Below are positions 1 through 8,985 of a stretch of 64,000 nucleotides of DNA, one piece after another. Source of the DNA: Nitrospirota bacterium (GTDB lineage: Bacteria; Nitrospirota; UBA9217); assembly GCA_963740085.1 (NCBI GenBank), contig CAVUCU010000001.1, forward strand, positions 960,001 through 1,024,000, in the 5' to 3' direction. Below the pieces are notes generated by a model. That model saw only the letters and a program-made list of their open reading frames with translations, did no database searches and was not told where the DNA came from. Position numbers and translations under genes: made by a program. Numbering within the stretch: position 1 is the first letter of the stretch; each line of letters begins with the position of its first letter.

Positions 1-1017
1 CGCTGCATAAAGCTCCCGCACCCGCGCCAGGACAACGAGTTGGGCATTGTTGTAATCGTACCGGACCGAGTGCAGTTCCGCGTTCGCGGCCCTTACCCCG
101 GTGGACTTGTTCCAAAAATAGAGCGGGACCTTTAACATGACGCTCGCCTGCCACACGTCCTGCCTGTCGCCCCGCGTGAACCATCCACCTGACAGGACGA
201 AGTCGGGTAAAAACTCCTTTTTGCTCAAGGAGACGTCGAATTCGCTCTGCTCCACCATCCGCAGTTTTCCCTGGAGCAGCGGCGAATGGGCCTGCGCCAT
301 GGCGGCAAGTTCATCGACGCTTTTCTCCAAAGAAGGTCGTGGGAGCTCGGCGGGCCTGCCCAGGGGCGCCAGGGGATCGCGGCCAACGAGCTGGTTGATC
401 TTGGCCGCCTGCGTCTCTGTCGCGCGTTCTTCTTCCGCTATCTTGTCCAGGAGCATCAGCACCTCGAGCTGTGCGCGGAAGACGTCTTGCTGCATTCCCC
501 GGCCGGTCCCATACCGGGTCTCGGCGATCTGTTGAAAGTTCTTCATGAGGTCCTTGGTCCGCGTAATGATCTCGGTAGAGCGGTAAGCAAGGTAGTAATC
601 ATAGTAGGCATTCCGGAGTTCTGACAGTACACGAAGCTGCCTCTCCCGCGCGTTCTCATGTTCACGCTCGGCCACCTTTCCCGCTGAATGGCCCATGGTC
701 GAGAGCTTGCCCGGGAACGGGACCTGCTGGGAAAAGACCACGCCCTGCATGCTCATATCGTACTGGCCCACACTCCAGGCGAACGGCGCCCCGACATTCT
801 GGACCATGTAACCGATCATGGGATCGGGCATGGCAGCGGCAAGCGACCTCTTCTCATCAGCAGACTCCGCCTTCTTGTCCGCCATGCGGATCTCGGGATT
901 ATTAAGAAGGGCCTCCTGCTCCAGGTCCTTAAGCGTAACGACACCGTCATCTGCCCGGGATAGCACAGGAAGCATCATGCCCATTACTATCAGTGCGCTT
1001 ATAATTATTCTACGCAT
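1..1017 (-). CDS. TolC/CusC-CzcC-type outer membrane efflux protein (runs off the left edge)
   Basis: Read by hand: GGAGG RBS, then MRRIIISALIVMGMMLPVLSRADDGVVTLKDLEQEALLNNPEI...PDPMIG...QQVPFPGKL. This is a signal peptide plus the TolC-family N-terminus. Absent from the ORF track because no stop lies in the window. Confidence 0.85.
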   Translation of the reverse strand, partial: MRRIIISALIVMGMMLPVLSRADDGVVTLKDLEQEALLNNPEIRMADKKAESADEKRSLAAAMPDPMIGYMVQNVGAPFAWSVGQYDMSMQGVVFSQQVPFPGKLSTMGHSAGKVAEREHENARERQLRVLSELRNAYYDYYLAYRSTEIITRTKDLMKNFQQIAETRYGTGRGMQQDVFRAQLEVLMLLDKIAEEERATETQAAKINQLVGRDPLAPLGRPAELPRPSLEKSVDELAAMAQAHSPLLQGKLRMVEQSEFDVSLSKKEFLPDFVLSGGWFTRGDRQDVWQASVMLKVPLYFWNKSTGVRAANAELHSVRYDYNNAQLVVLARVRELYAA

Positions 1018-1040
1018 CACTTCCTCCTGGGTAGTATATA

Positions 1041-1056
1041 TGCAAAGTGCTGACCA
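1041..1056 (-). promoter_or_regulatory. possible sigma-54 promoter
   Basis: TGGTCAGCACTTTGCA, i.e. GG-N10-GC, just upstream of the TolC-like gene RBS. Confidence 0.35.
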
Positions 1057-1168
1057 AAGTAAATGAACCCGGAAATCAACGAATTAATATCTGTTCAGTA
1101 TACGAGGGAAGACTTAGCTGCATGGCATGGCGAGCAGGATGCAGATTTCCATACATATTACTATAACA

Positions 1169-1204
1169 CAAAAAGAGGGCGCTCGTGCTTATGCACAGCG
1201 CCCT
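1169..1204 (-). terminator. intrinsic terminator
   Basis: Minus strand AGGGCGCT-GTGC-ATAA-GCAC-GAGCGCCCT-CTTTTT, downstream of the YtkA/FixH-like gene. Confidence 0.7.
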
Positions 1205-1325
1205 GTCCACTACTATCGCCAGTATGCGAGCAGGCCGGTAAGCCATCAAGCACCTGGTCAGTTTATTCGCTTACCGCTTTCAAGCTTGCTCGCTTATTCT
1301 CTTCCCGGCTCATGGCGGATTTCGA

Positions 1326-1724
1326 CTATCGCGCGTCAAGGTTAAATGTGGCGGTTGCCGGGGCATTTCCCGGTCGTACCACGGTGACCTCAGTCTTCCA
1401 CGTGCCCTCCATGGCAGGGTTTGCTTTAAACTGATAAACATCGCCATTAAGGACAAGTTTGGGATTCGATGTCATGGGCGCCATACCCGGCATGGGCGGC
1501 ATGAAGAAACGCACCTTGACCTTGGCATCCGTTACTGCCTTGCCCGATCCGTTCGTGACCTTCACGCTCAGTTCATTATCACCCTTCACCAGCGGGTAAC
1601 TGCCGACCGAAAGCGCTATCGTCAAACCGGCCGTTGTTTTTTGAACTTCATATGCCCATGATACCCCGACCGCCAGCGCGAAGATCATGATTACTGCCAG
1701 TGTTATAAGAGAGAACTTTTTCAT
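1326..1724 (-). CDS. FixH/YtkA-like periplasmic protein (Met-rich, Cu/Ag efflux-associated)
   Basis: Signal peptide, MPPMPGM motif, MEGTW; upstream of a TolC-type efflux gene. Confidence 0.75.
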   Translation of the reverse strand: MKKFSLITLAVIMIFALAVGVSWAYEVQKTTAGLTIALSVGSYPLVKGDNELSVKVTNGSGKAVTDAKVKVRFFMPPMPGMAPMTSNPKLVLNGDVYQFKANPAMEGTWKTEVTVVRPGNAPATATFNLDAR

Positions 1725-1889
1725 AAAAATTACGTCCTTTCATATGAGATTTTTGGACTAACTTAAGTTATGGAAACATTTCCGCATCGTTGCACACACG
1801 TTGATCGACACGAAAGTTCCTCTCCATCACGAACATTACAACCTCACCTCTTTCGATCGTCATTGTATTACCTTCTTGCCAGTATGAAA

Positions 1890-1905
1890 TGCAAGACGCG
1901 GGCCA
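1890..1905 (-). promoter_or_regulatory. sigma-54 promoter (-24/-12)
   Basis: TGGCCC-GCGTC-TTGCA matches TGGCAC-N5-TTGCW, upstream of the YtkA-like gene. Confidence 0.6.
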
Positions 1906-2333
1906 GAAAGCTTTTGTGATAAAAATGATTAAAAATCAGTCTGTTGCAAAAAACTGCCGGTTGACCGGGTGGTCGGAATGAAGCATCTGACTGATGGGAT
2001 GTAGGATTTACTACAGTGGAAGATTAAGCAAAGAGGCAAATAAAGTTCAGGACATTCTTCAATAACGCTACCTGAGCGAAGAATCGGCGGCGCTGTTGCG
2101 CTGCTCCTCAGATCATTTGATCCCAAAGGGATCTCGATATATTCATACGAAGATAGCGCTGCAATGTGAGTTGTTGCATTATTCGAATGTTCACGATAGA
2201 AGGAATTATTACGGTAAGTTCTTTCGTATTTTAGTTGAAACGGCTTTTCTCACCACGGGGACGCGGAGACACAGAGGATTGATGTTATTTTATTACGGAG
2301 TGTTAAGAGTAGCGTCTTTTTGTAATTCTCTAA

Positions 2334-2441
2334 AAGGCCCCGTCAGCGCAGAAGGCCCCGGCAAAGGTCAAGAAGGCCAGGCATGGAAAGAAACACAAGC
2401 ATGAAGCAGCTCCGGCAACGACAGGCTCGGCAACAAAGTAG
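2334..2441 (+). pseudogene. possible 3' remnant of a Lys/Ala/Pro-rich protein gene
   Basis: Reads KAPSAQKAPAKVKKARHGKKHKHEAAPATTGSATK*; preceded by an in-frame stop, no start codon; followed by a terminator. Confidence 0.3.
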
Positions 2442-2499
2442 TGTTCCTCAATACCGCTAATTTAATACTAAGCGGAAAAAGTCATAAACTATGAAAAGC

Positions 2500-2532
2500 A
2501 AAGGGCCCGTCATAATTGACAGGCCCTTTTTT
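2500..2532. terminator. bidirectional intrinsic terminator
   Basis: AAAGGGCCCGTCA-TAAT-TGACAGGCCCTTTTTT hairpin with A/T runs on both sides. Confidence 0.75.
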
Positions 2533-2591
2533 CAATGAAGGTGTTTCACGTGTAACTGATATGCGAACTATTCGAAACAATTTTGAAACAT

Positions 2592-3434
2592 TTATTTGCC
2601 TATTTTATGCAGCCGGTCCGCTGCAATCTGCGCTTCGGTAGTCCCGGGATGTTCTTTAATGACCGCGTTGAGGTACTCCTTGGCCTTGGCAGTTTTCCTC
2701 TCGTTCAGGTAGGACAGGCCGATCTTGAGCTTGGCACCAGGCACCTTGTCGCTTTTGGGATAGGAGGTGATGACCGATTCAAAGGCCTCGATGGCCCTGG
2801 TGAAGTCCTTCTTTGAAGAGTAGCACTCACCGATCCAGTACTGGGCGGCGGCAGCCAGGTTGGTGTCCGGAAACTGGGCAATGTAATTTTGAAAACCGGC
2901 GAGTGCCAGGTCGAAATTTCCCTTGTCGAAATCGTTCTTTGCCTGGCGGTAGGCCTCGGAGGGCTCCACGGTCTTCGGGGCGGATCCTTTGTCCCTGCTA
3001 GGCTCGGTCCCGGTCTGAGCGGTCGCGGCCATCGAGGTCCCGGCGTTTACCTGTTTGACCTTTGTCTCGAGTTCCTCAATCCGCGCATTGAGCTCCGCTA
3101 TTTTTACGCTCTTGTCGTCAAGTTTCTGCGCAAGCTCCGCGATATGGAAGTTGTTCTCCTCGAGTTTGCCTTGGAGGATCTGGATATCCGTGGCCAGTTG
3201 GTCCGATCTTGCGCCGTAATCGGCCAACGACCTCTCAATGTCACTCGTTCCCTTGACGTTTGTATTGAGGGAGTCAAGGCGCTTCTGCATACGCAGGATT
3301 TGCTCCCTCGTGGCCCTCGTATCCTCACGCTGCGTGGACATGTCAGAGTTCATCTTTACGATCTCCGACTGGGGAACGCATGCGGCCAGCAGCAACAAGC
3401 CGCTGGTGATGGCAAGAAATGTCTTGGTTGTCAT
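2592..3434 (-). CDS. cpoB: tol-pal system protein CpoB/YbgF
   Basis: Lipobox LAAC, coiled coil, C-terminal TPRs (AQYWIGECY, AKLKIGLSY); directly downstream of pal; start placed at MTTKTF. Confidence 0.9.
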   Translation of the reverse strand: MTTKTFLAITSGLLLLAACVPQSEIVKMNSDMSTQREDTRATREQILRMQKRLDSLNTNVKGTSDIERSLADYGARSDQLATDIQILQGKLEENNFHIAELAQKLDDKSVKIAELNARIEELETKVKQVNAGTSMAATAQTGTEPSRDKGSAPKTVEPSEAYRQAKNDFDKGNFDLALAGFQNYIAQFPDTNLAAAAQYWIGECYSSKKDFTRAIEAFESVITSYPKSDKVPGAKLKIGLSYLNERKTAKAKEYLNAVIKEHPGTTEAQIAADRLHKIGK

Positions 3435-3560
3435 CGTGTTTTTTCCAAATATGAAATGATAGCGAATGGGGATCGGCAACGCCGCTCATGGAAAGCGAGG
3501 AAGGGAAATCCGAGGATGTCCCGTCGAATTTCCCTTCCCCGTTCCATGATAATTTCTATC

Positions 3561-4106
3561 CTACTCGGTCACTCCGATAAAATCGTCTCTCCGGTTTTTC
3601 TGCCAGCAGGCTTCACTGTCCTCACCGCAGACGGGTTTTTCCTTTCCGTAGCTGATGAGCGAGATCCGTTTCGCGGAAATACCCATATCGACGAGATACT
3701 TCTTTGCGCTTGCCGCGCGTCGCTGGCCGAGTGCCTGGTTGTATTCCTTGGTTCCGCGTTCGTCGCAATTTCCCTCGATCTTGACGTTTACTTTGGGATT
3801 GGTCTTGAGCCATTCCGCGTTCGCCGCCATCACGGCCCTGGCGTCATTGCGAACAAAGGACCGGTCGAAATCGAAGTAGATGGGCTGCAGACCCGCTGCT
3901 GCGTGCTCCATGGTTTCCTCTTTTATCGCCGGCTTCGCCGGTTCCTCTTTCATTACAGCAGGCGCTGCCGGCTCGGCAACAGGCTCCGCTGCCTTCGGGG
4001 TCTCCGGTGCTGTGGTCACCTGTGCCTTCTTGGGGCAGCCCCACAAGGCAAACAAGCTAAGCAATACAATTACACCCAGCAAAAAAAACCGTTTGTTCTT
4101 CATCAT
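3561..4106 (-). CDS. pal: peptidoglycan-associated lipoprotein Pal
   Basis: Lipobox LWGC, IYFDFD, IEGNCDERGTKEYNQALGQRRA, SYGKEKP, KNRR. Confidence 0.97.
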   Translation of the reverse strand: MMKNKRFFLLGVIVLLSLFALWGCPKKAQVTTAPETPKAAEPVAEPAAPAVMKEEPAKPAIKEETMEHAAAGLQPIYFDFDRSFVRNDARAVMAANAEWLKTNPKVNVKIEGNCDERGTKEYNQALGQRRAASAKKYLVDMGISAKRISLISYGKEKPVCGEDSEACWQKNRRDDFIGVTE

Positions 4107-4205
4107 GATCCTCCTTGACAATATGAGAGTACTCTGTATTTGTTGTCGAAAAAAGTACGAGGTGACGCGTCAGATACTGTTCCCAACCGCCGTTTAATTG
4201 CCGTT

Positions 4206-4234
4206 AACATAGCATACAAGCCGGATGATGTCAA
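4206..4234 (-). promoter_or_regulatory. sigma-70 promoter of pal-cpoB
   Basis: TTGACA-N17-TATGTT. Confidence 0.6.
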
Positions 4235-4278
4235 CGGGAAAGGGCTGTTTGAGCCTTGATAATTCTCTCCGGGCAACA

Positions 4279-4296
4279 TTGTGATCCATATCACGA
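4279..4296. promoter_or_regulatory. CRP/FNR-family-like palindrome
   Basis: TTGTGA-TCCATA-TCACGA, 9/10 match to TGTGA-N6-TCACA. Confidence 0.35.
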
Positions 4297-4325
4297 ATGT
4301 CTGAGTGTACCTTCTTCCATTATTC

Positions 4326-4403
4326 ACCGCCGAGACGCGGAGACACGGAGAGATGCAGATCGAAAAATAATAGGATTTTCTCTGAGCTCTGCGTCTCAGC
4401 GGT
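4326..4403. repeat. GAGACGCGGAG-family intergenic inverted repeat
   Basis: ACCGCCGAGACGCGGAGACACGGAG ... CTCTGCGTCTCAGCGGT. Confidence 0.65.
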
Positions 4404-4450
4404 TAAATTCGACATTAACGAAACCATGAATCGCGCAAATATTTTTCATT

Positions 4451-4960
4451 TTACCAACGGTTCTCGTGGACCCGCGAGCCGTCGAAGCGGTCCCCTGCCT
4501 TCTTTTCCTCGGCAGGAAAGCCGATCGGGATGAGCGAAAAAGGTACGATATGGCCCGGCAATTTCAGAAGCTTCTGAAGATTCAGTACCCGGTCCTCAGT
4601 GGGATAGACACCGCACCATACCGCACCGAGCCCCCTGGCGTGGACCGCGAGCAGCACGTTCTCCGTTGCAGCGGCGCAGTCGAGCACCCAGTACCCCTTG
4701 TGTTTCTCGAGCGTTTCGTCTCCGCACACGAGAATGGCAACTCCCGCCTGCTTCAACATTGCGGAATACGGGTGGAACTTCGGGATCTCATCGAGCACTG
4801 CCCGTTCGGTCAGGACGATAAAGTGCCAGGGCCGCTCATTCCCTGCCGACGGAGCGCTCATCGCCGCATGCAAGATCTCGTTGATCACCTCCCGGGATAC
4901 CGGCTTAGGCGTATATTGGCGTATGCTTTTCCGCGAAAGAATCGACTCCATCGTCCCCAT
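4451..4960 (-). CDS. nitroreductase family protein
   Basis: RKSIRQY, APSAGNERPWHF, DCAAATEN, GLGAVWCG. Confidence 0.93.
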   Translation of the reverse strand: MGTMESILSRKSIRQYTPKPVSREVINEILHAAMSAPSAGNERPWHFIVLTERAVLDEIPKFHPYSAMLKQAGVAILVCGDETLEKHKGYWVLDCAAATENVLLAVHARGLGAVWCGVYPTEDRVLNLQKLLKLPGHIVPFSLIPIGFPAEEKKAGDRFDGSRVHENRW

Positions 4961-5460
4961 TCTCGTTCACCTTCCTTTCCGACCAAGCTCTATTCCGCAT
5001 CGACAACCCCGCTCCCTGCAGAACACGTTCCGCCAGCGAACAGTGCCTTCATTTTGAAAAACCTTCCTCACCCGGCCATCTCCGGCCACGGGAGAGAGTT
5101 GTCGCTCATCCCCTTGACGGAGGAGTGCGGGGAAGGCGAAAAGCCTTGTATGTCCTTAAGTTCATGGGCGATCCATAAAAAATCTCATGCCGATTAACCA
5201 CGAATGTAATCATATCACAAAAAAGCACCGTGATACGGGGTTGCGTACCTTTCGATCAGGCGGGTCCTTTCCGCATCTGCATGCCATTCTTTTTTCTCCA
5301 TGCTCAAGCAATAAAACCTTGTCCTGAATAATTTATGTAGTAAACCGTAATCGTCCGATAACGCACACGGTGTATCTTCACGTAGTTTTCAAGTCATACC
5401 ATGATGTCGATTAGACAATCGCAACAAGCACTAGGCGCTCTTCTGTTTTGTCCAAATGGA

Positions 5461-5547
5461 TGTCATTCCCGAGGATTTAATCGGGAATCCGGTTTTTTAA
5501 AAACCAAGAACAAAACCATATCCCCGATAGAAACATTCGGGGATGAC
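5461..5547. repeat. REP-like double-hairpin element (GTCATTCCCG...CGGGAATCC type)
   Basis: GTCATTCCCGAGGATTTAATCGGGAATCC ... TCCCCGATAGAAACATTCGGGGATGAC, with terminal GTCAT/ATGAC inverted ends. Confidence 0.65.
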
Positions 5548-5657
5548 GGATTCTATCAGGGAGGGAGCAGCGGAAGTATACATCGTGTAACTCAATCCTT
5601 TCTCCGTGTCTCCGTTGTTGGTTCTTACGTTGCGAATTCTCTTTTGAGGAGGTTGCC

Positions 5658-6071
5658 ATGGCTTCTAAAAAAACGATCATTGCTGAGAACGTCCAGGACT
5701 GTCTCAATAAATCAGACTGGGGGGCCGCCATTGCCGAGATGGAAAAACTGTTCGCCATCGACCAGGACCCGCATATCAGGGTGAGGATCGGCGACGCCCG
5801 GCGGAAGCTCAACCGGATTCGCGCGGCGATAAGGGAATATATTCGCGCCGCCGACCTGTTTGCAGAAAGGGGGTTCGTGGTCAAGGCGCTGGCGCAATAC
5901 AATCTGGCCTTGAGGCTCGATTCCTCGAATACGTACGCCCGTACAAGGATAGAGACGCTGGAGATGCTTCGCCCGGCAAGGGCGGTCACGAGGCTTACCA
6001 ATGAACCGATGGAATATTGCCCGCCCCAGCCGCTCGGAAGCCGTTTTGAGGTCCAGGGACGATGCTCATGA
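5658..6071 (+). CDS. TPR-like hypothetical protein
   Basis: GAGGAGG RBS; TPR-like helices (IGDARRKLNRIRAAIREY, KALAQYNLALRLDSSN). Confidence 0.65.
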   Translation: MASKKTIIAENVQDCLNKSDWGAAIAEMEKLFAIDQDPHIRVRIGDARRKLNRIRAAIREYIRAADLFAERGFVVKALAQYNLALRLDSSNTYARTRIETLEMLRPARAVTRLTNEPMEYCPPQPLGSRFEVQGRCS

Positions 6072-6153
6072 TCCTGGAAACGGCATACCTCAGATTAAGT
6101 CGGATATGTCCGGTCCGTCCCTGTCAAATTGCAATGTCAGGATAATCCGGACC

Positions 6154-7896
6154 TCAGCAGTACAGCGGATCGGCGCAGGTGAGCACCTGCTCACGCTTGC
6201 TCCCGCTCCGGAAAATGGTTATTCCTTTCACCCCTTCCCGGTAGGCAAGCAGGAAGGCCTGACGGATATCCGCCCTGGTCGCCTGGGGCGGGAAGTTGAT
6301 GGTTTTCGATACGGCGTTGTCAGTATGGCGCTGGAATGCCGCCTGCATGCGAACGTGCCACTCCGGCGCAATGTCGAAGGCGGTCACAAACAACCGCTTG
6401 ACGTCAGGTGGAACATCGCTCATCGTCTGGATGGATTCTCCGGCAGTGACGCGCACGAGAAGTTGATCGGTATAAAAACCCCGCTTTTTTGCCATTTCAA
6501 TCAACGGGGCATATACCTCGGGCAGATCAACATTGCCGAGGACATGGCGCATGAACGACAAGGCAAAGACCGGCTCGATCCCGCTCGAACAGCCCGCTAT
6601 GATGGACAATGTTCCCGTGGGGGCAACGGTCGTCACGGTCGCGTTCCTGAGTCTTGGGCCGTGCTCACGATCGTATTTGCTTCCCGGATAGTGCGGGAAC
6701 ACGCCGCGCTCGCGTGCAAGCTCTTCGGATTTTTCTCTTCCCTCGGTCTTGAGGAACTTCATGATCTGTTCGCCGGTCTTGACAGCCTCTTCGGAATCGT
6801 AGGGGATGCCAAGCCTGATGAGCATGTCCGCGAAGCCCATCACCCCAAGGCCGATCTTGCGGTTGCCTTTTGCCATGCGGTCTATCTGGTCGAGCGGATA
6901 ACGGCTCATGTCGATCACATTGTCCAAAAAATGCACGGCGGTCCGCACGGTCTTCTTAAGTTTGTCCCAATCGATCTCGTATCCTCCGTTCGTCTCGTTC
7001 ATCATCAGCGCGAGATTGATCGAACCGAGGTTGCACGGCTCGTACGGGAGCAGCGGCTGTTCTCCGCACGGATTGGTGCTCTCCATCTCGCCCAGGAGCG
7101 GGGTCGGGTTGTCGCGATTGATCCGGTCGAAGAACACCAGGCCGGGATCGCCGGTCTTCCACGCCATTTCCACGATTGTTTCGAAGATATCGCGGGCCTT
7201 GAGCGTTTTGACCACGACCTGGTTATGTGGGTTCACCAGGGGCAGATCCCCGTCCGATTCCACGGCCCGCATGAAACCCTCATTCACTGCCACGGATATG
7301 TTGAAGTTCGAAAGCTCCCGGTTGTCAACCTTACAGGAGATGAACTCGATGATGTCAGGATGGTCCACGCGCAGGATGCCCATATTCGCGCCACGACGGG
7401 TTCCTCCCTGTTTGATCACCTCGGTGGCCATGTTGAAGACCCGCATGAACGAGACCGGACCGCTCGCCGCCCCGCTGGTGCTGCGCACGGTATCGTCCTT
7501 GGGCCGCAGGTTGCTGAACGAGAATCCCGTCCCCCCGCCGCTCTGATGGATCAGTGCGGTTTCCTTGACCGCATCAAAGATGGATTCAAGAGAATCTTCC
7601 ACCGGGAGCACAAAACAGGCCGCGAGCTGCTGGAGCGGACGCCCGGCGTTCATCAGGGTGGGGGAATTGGGGAGAAATTCGAGGCGCGAAAGGATATGGT
7701 AAAACTCATTTTCAGTTTTGTTCAGGTCCGCATGGCCATCATACAGGAGGTCGGCCTGGGCTACGTTGTTCGCCACCCTTCGAAACATTTCCTCGGGCGA
7801 CTCCACCACGTTGCTGTGTTCGTCCCTCTTGAGATACCGGTGGCTGAGGACGGTCAGGGCGTTGGGAGTGAGCGTGTGTGGTGGTTTAAGTGACAT
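6154..7896 (-). CDS. nrdJ: adenosylcobalamin-dependent (class II) ribonucleotide reductase
   Basis: PNSPTLMNAG, ACFV, SGGGTG, QGGTRRGANM, TNPCGEQ, CNLGS, APTGT, SSGIEP; no ATP cone. Confidence 0.95.
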   Translation of the reverse strand: MSLKPPHTLTPNALTVLSHRYLKRDEHSNVVESPEEMFRRVANNVAQADLLYDGHADLNKTENEFYHILSRLEFLPNSPTLMNAGRPLQQLAACFVLPVEDSLESIFDAVKETALIHQSGGGTGFSFSNLRPKDDTVRSTSGAASGPVSFMRVFNMATEVIKQGGTRRGANMGILRVDHPDIIEFISCKVDNRELSNFNISVAVNEGFMRAVESDGDLPLVNPHNQVVVKTLKARDIFETIVEMAWKTGDPGLVFFDRINRDNPTPLLGEMESTNPCGEQPLLPYEPCNLGSINLALMMNETNGGYEIDWDKLKKTVRTAVHFLDNVIDMSRYPLDQIDRMAKGNRKIGLGVMGFADMLIRLGIPYDSEEAVKTGEQIMKFLKTEGREKSEELARERGVFPHYPGSKYDREHGPRLRNATVTTVAPTGTLSIIAGCSSGIEPVFALSFMRHVLGNVDLPEVYAPLIEMAKKRGFYTDQLLVRVTAGESIQTMSDVPPDVKRLFVTAFDIAPEWHVRMQAAFQRHTDNAVSKTINFPPQATRADIRQAFLLAYREGVKGITIFRSGSKREQVLTCADPLYC

Positions 7897-8151
7897 GGCG
7901 CAACCTCCTCTCTTTGTATTTTACCACGCACTGAGGAGGAATGAGCGCAATCGTGCGCCGGTCATGGATCAGAGGACAGACTTATATCGTATAACGGACT
8001 ACCGGGAGTAGCCTCATTTTTTAGATCTGATTAATCCGGATCAATTTAAGAGGCTCTGATTTTAAATCGTCAAAAGTTTCCCGTGCCCTTCCCCGTGCCT
8101 CTGTGTCTCCGCGGTTATACCTGATTTTCGACTTTTTTCACATGAACCGAT

Positions 8152-8853
8152 CTAATAGAAATTGATGAAAAGGACCAGGAACGACAGGCTTTTGGCAACT
8201 TCCATCCAGCCGACAGTCTGGAGTTTGACCTTATAGAGTGTGGCTGCGGCAATAATGTTGTCCGTCAATGGGAGGAGGACGACGATCGGGATCTGCATCC
8301 GCCAATAGATGAAGACGGCGAAGGCGGCATACAGGACCGTCAGGACCCGGTACTGCATTTTTCTGAGCAGCAGGGTCTTGACCTTGAATACATTGGCCGT
8401 GAAATACAGTGCCACGCCCAGAAAAAGCCGAAGATCCAGGTGGTCCGTCAGGAGAAATTTTACCAGGACGGCCGCCAGACTGAGAAGGGCAAATCCAAGT
8501 ACCTCGGTGAGGATGAAATGCTCGCCGGCAAACCTGTTCATCAAGAGATAAGCGCCGGGAACGACCAGCAGGGGCAGCAGCCTGGGGATGTTACTGCCGA
8601 AGAGTGCAATAAAGATCGCCGTTGCGATGAAGAGCTGGCCAAGGAAGATCACGAGGGACGCTCTGTCCTCTGTCCGGCGGAGCCATTTTGATAATGCCTG
8701 TTTGGCATTGATCAGCAGGCCGAGGGCCAGGAACAGCGGGATCACGGCCCAGGAGAACGCACGACTTACACCCACTCCGATCAGGGAAACAGTTATCAGG
8801 ACACTCCAGGCGCCGTACTCTTTCAGGAAATATCCTTTTATCTCGGGTCTCAT
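8152..8853 (-). CDS. YwiC-like family membrane protein
   Basis: N-terminal KEYGAW motif, multiple TM helices, C-terminal VGWME. Confidence 0.75.
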   Translation of the reverse strand: MRPEIKGYFLKEYGAWSVLITVSLIGVGVSRAFSWAVIPLFLALGLLINAKQALSKWLRRTEDRASLVIFLGQLFIATAIFIALFGSNIPRLLPLLVVPGAYLLMNRFAGEHFILTEVLGFALLSLAAVLVKFLLTDHLDLRLFLGVALYFTANVFKVKTLLLRKMQYRVLTVLYAAFAVFIYWRMQIPIVVLLPLTDNIIAAATLYKVKLQTVGWMEVAKSLSFLVLFINFY

Positions 8854-8860
8854 GGGGGGA

Positions 8861-8904
8861 AGTATATCATGAAGCGGACAGGAGGATTATGAGACAAATC
8901 ATAA
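8861..8904 (-). promoter_or_regulatory. CRP/FNR-family (HcpR-like) site with -10 box
   Basis: Perfect palindrome TTATGA-N6-TCATAA (8887-8904) and TATACT (8861-8866); centre about 42 bp upstream of the ATG. Confidence 0.55.
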
Positions 8905-8918
8905 GAGTCGGGAGGCAT

Positions 8919-8974
8919 GGGTCAGGAAAGACAGATAATGAAGACTCCTTGCTGGGTTCGTTTTCCCCTGACCC
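8919..8974. repeat. GGGTCAGG/CCTGACCC inverted repeat downstream of nuoN
   Basis: GGGTCAGGAAA ... TTTCCCCTGACCC. Confidence 0.4.
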
Positions 8975-8985
8975 TTTTTACAATG

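Noticed and set aside
6001-7893. 630-aa plus-strand ORF
   Set aside because: Antisense shadow of nrdJ caused by codon bias; no motifs
7897-8150. Cobalamin riboswitch or NrdR boxes upstream of nrdJ
   Set aside because: No B12-box or NrdR-like palindrome recognised
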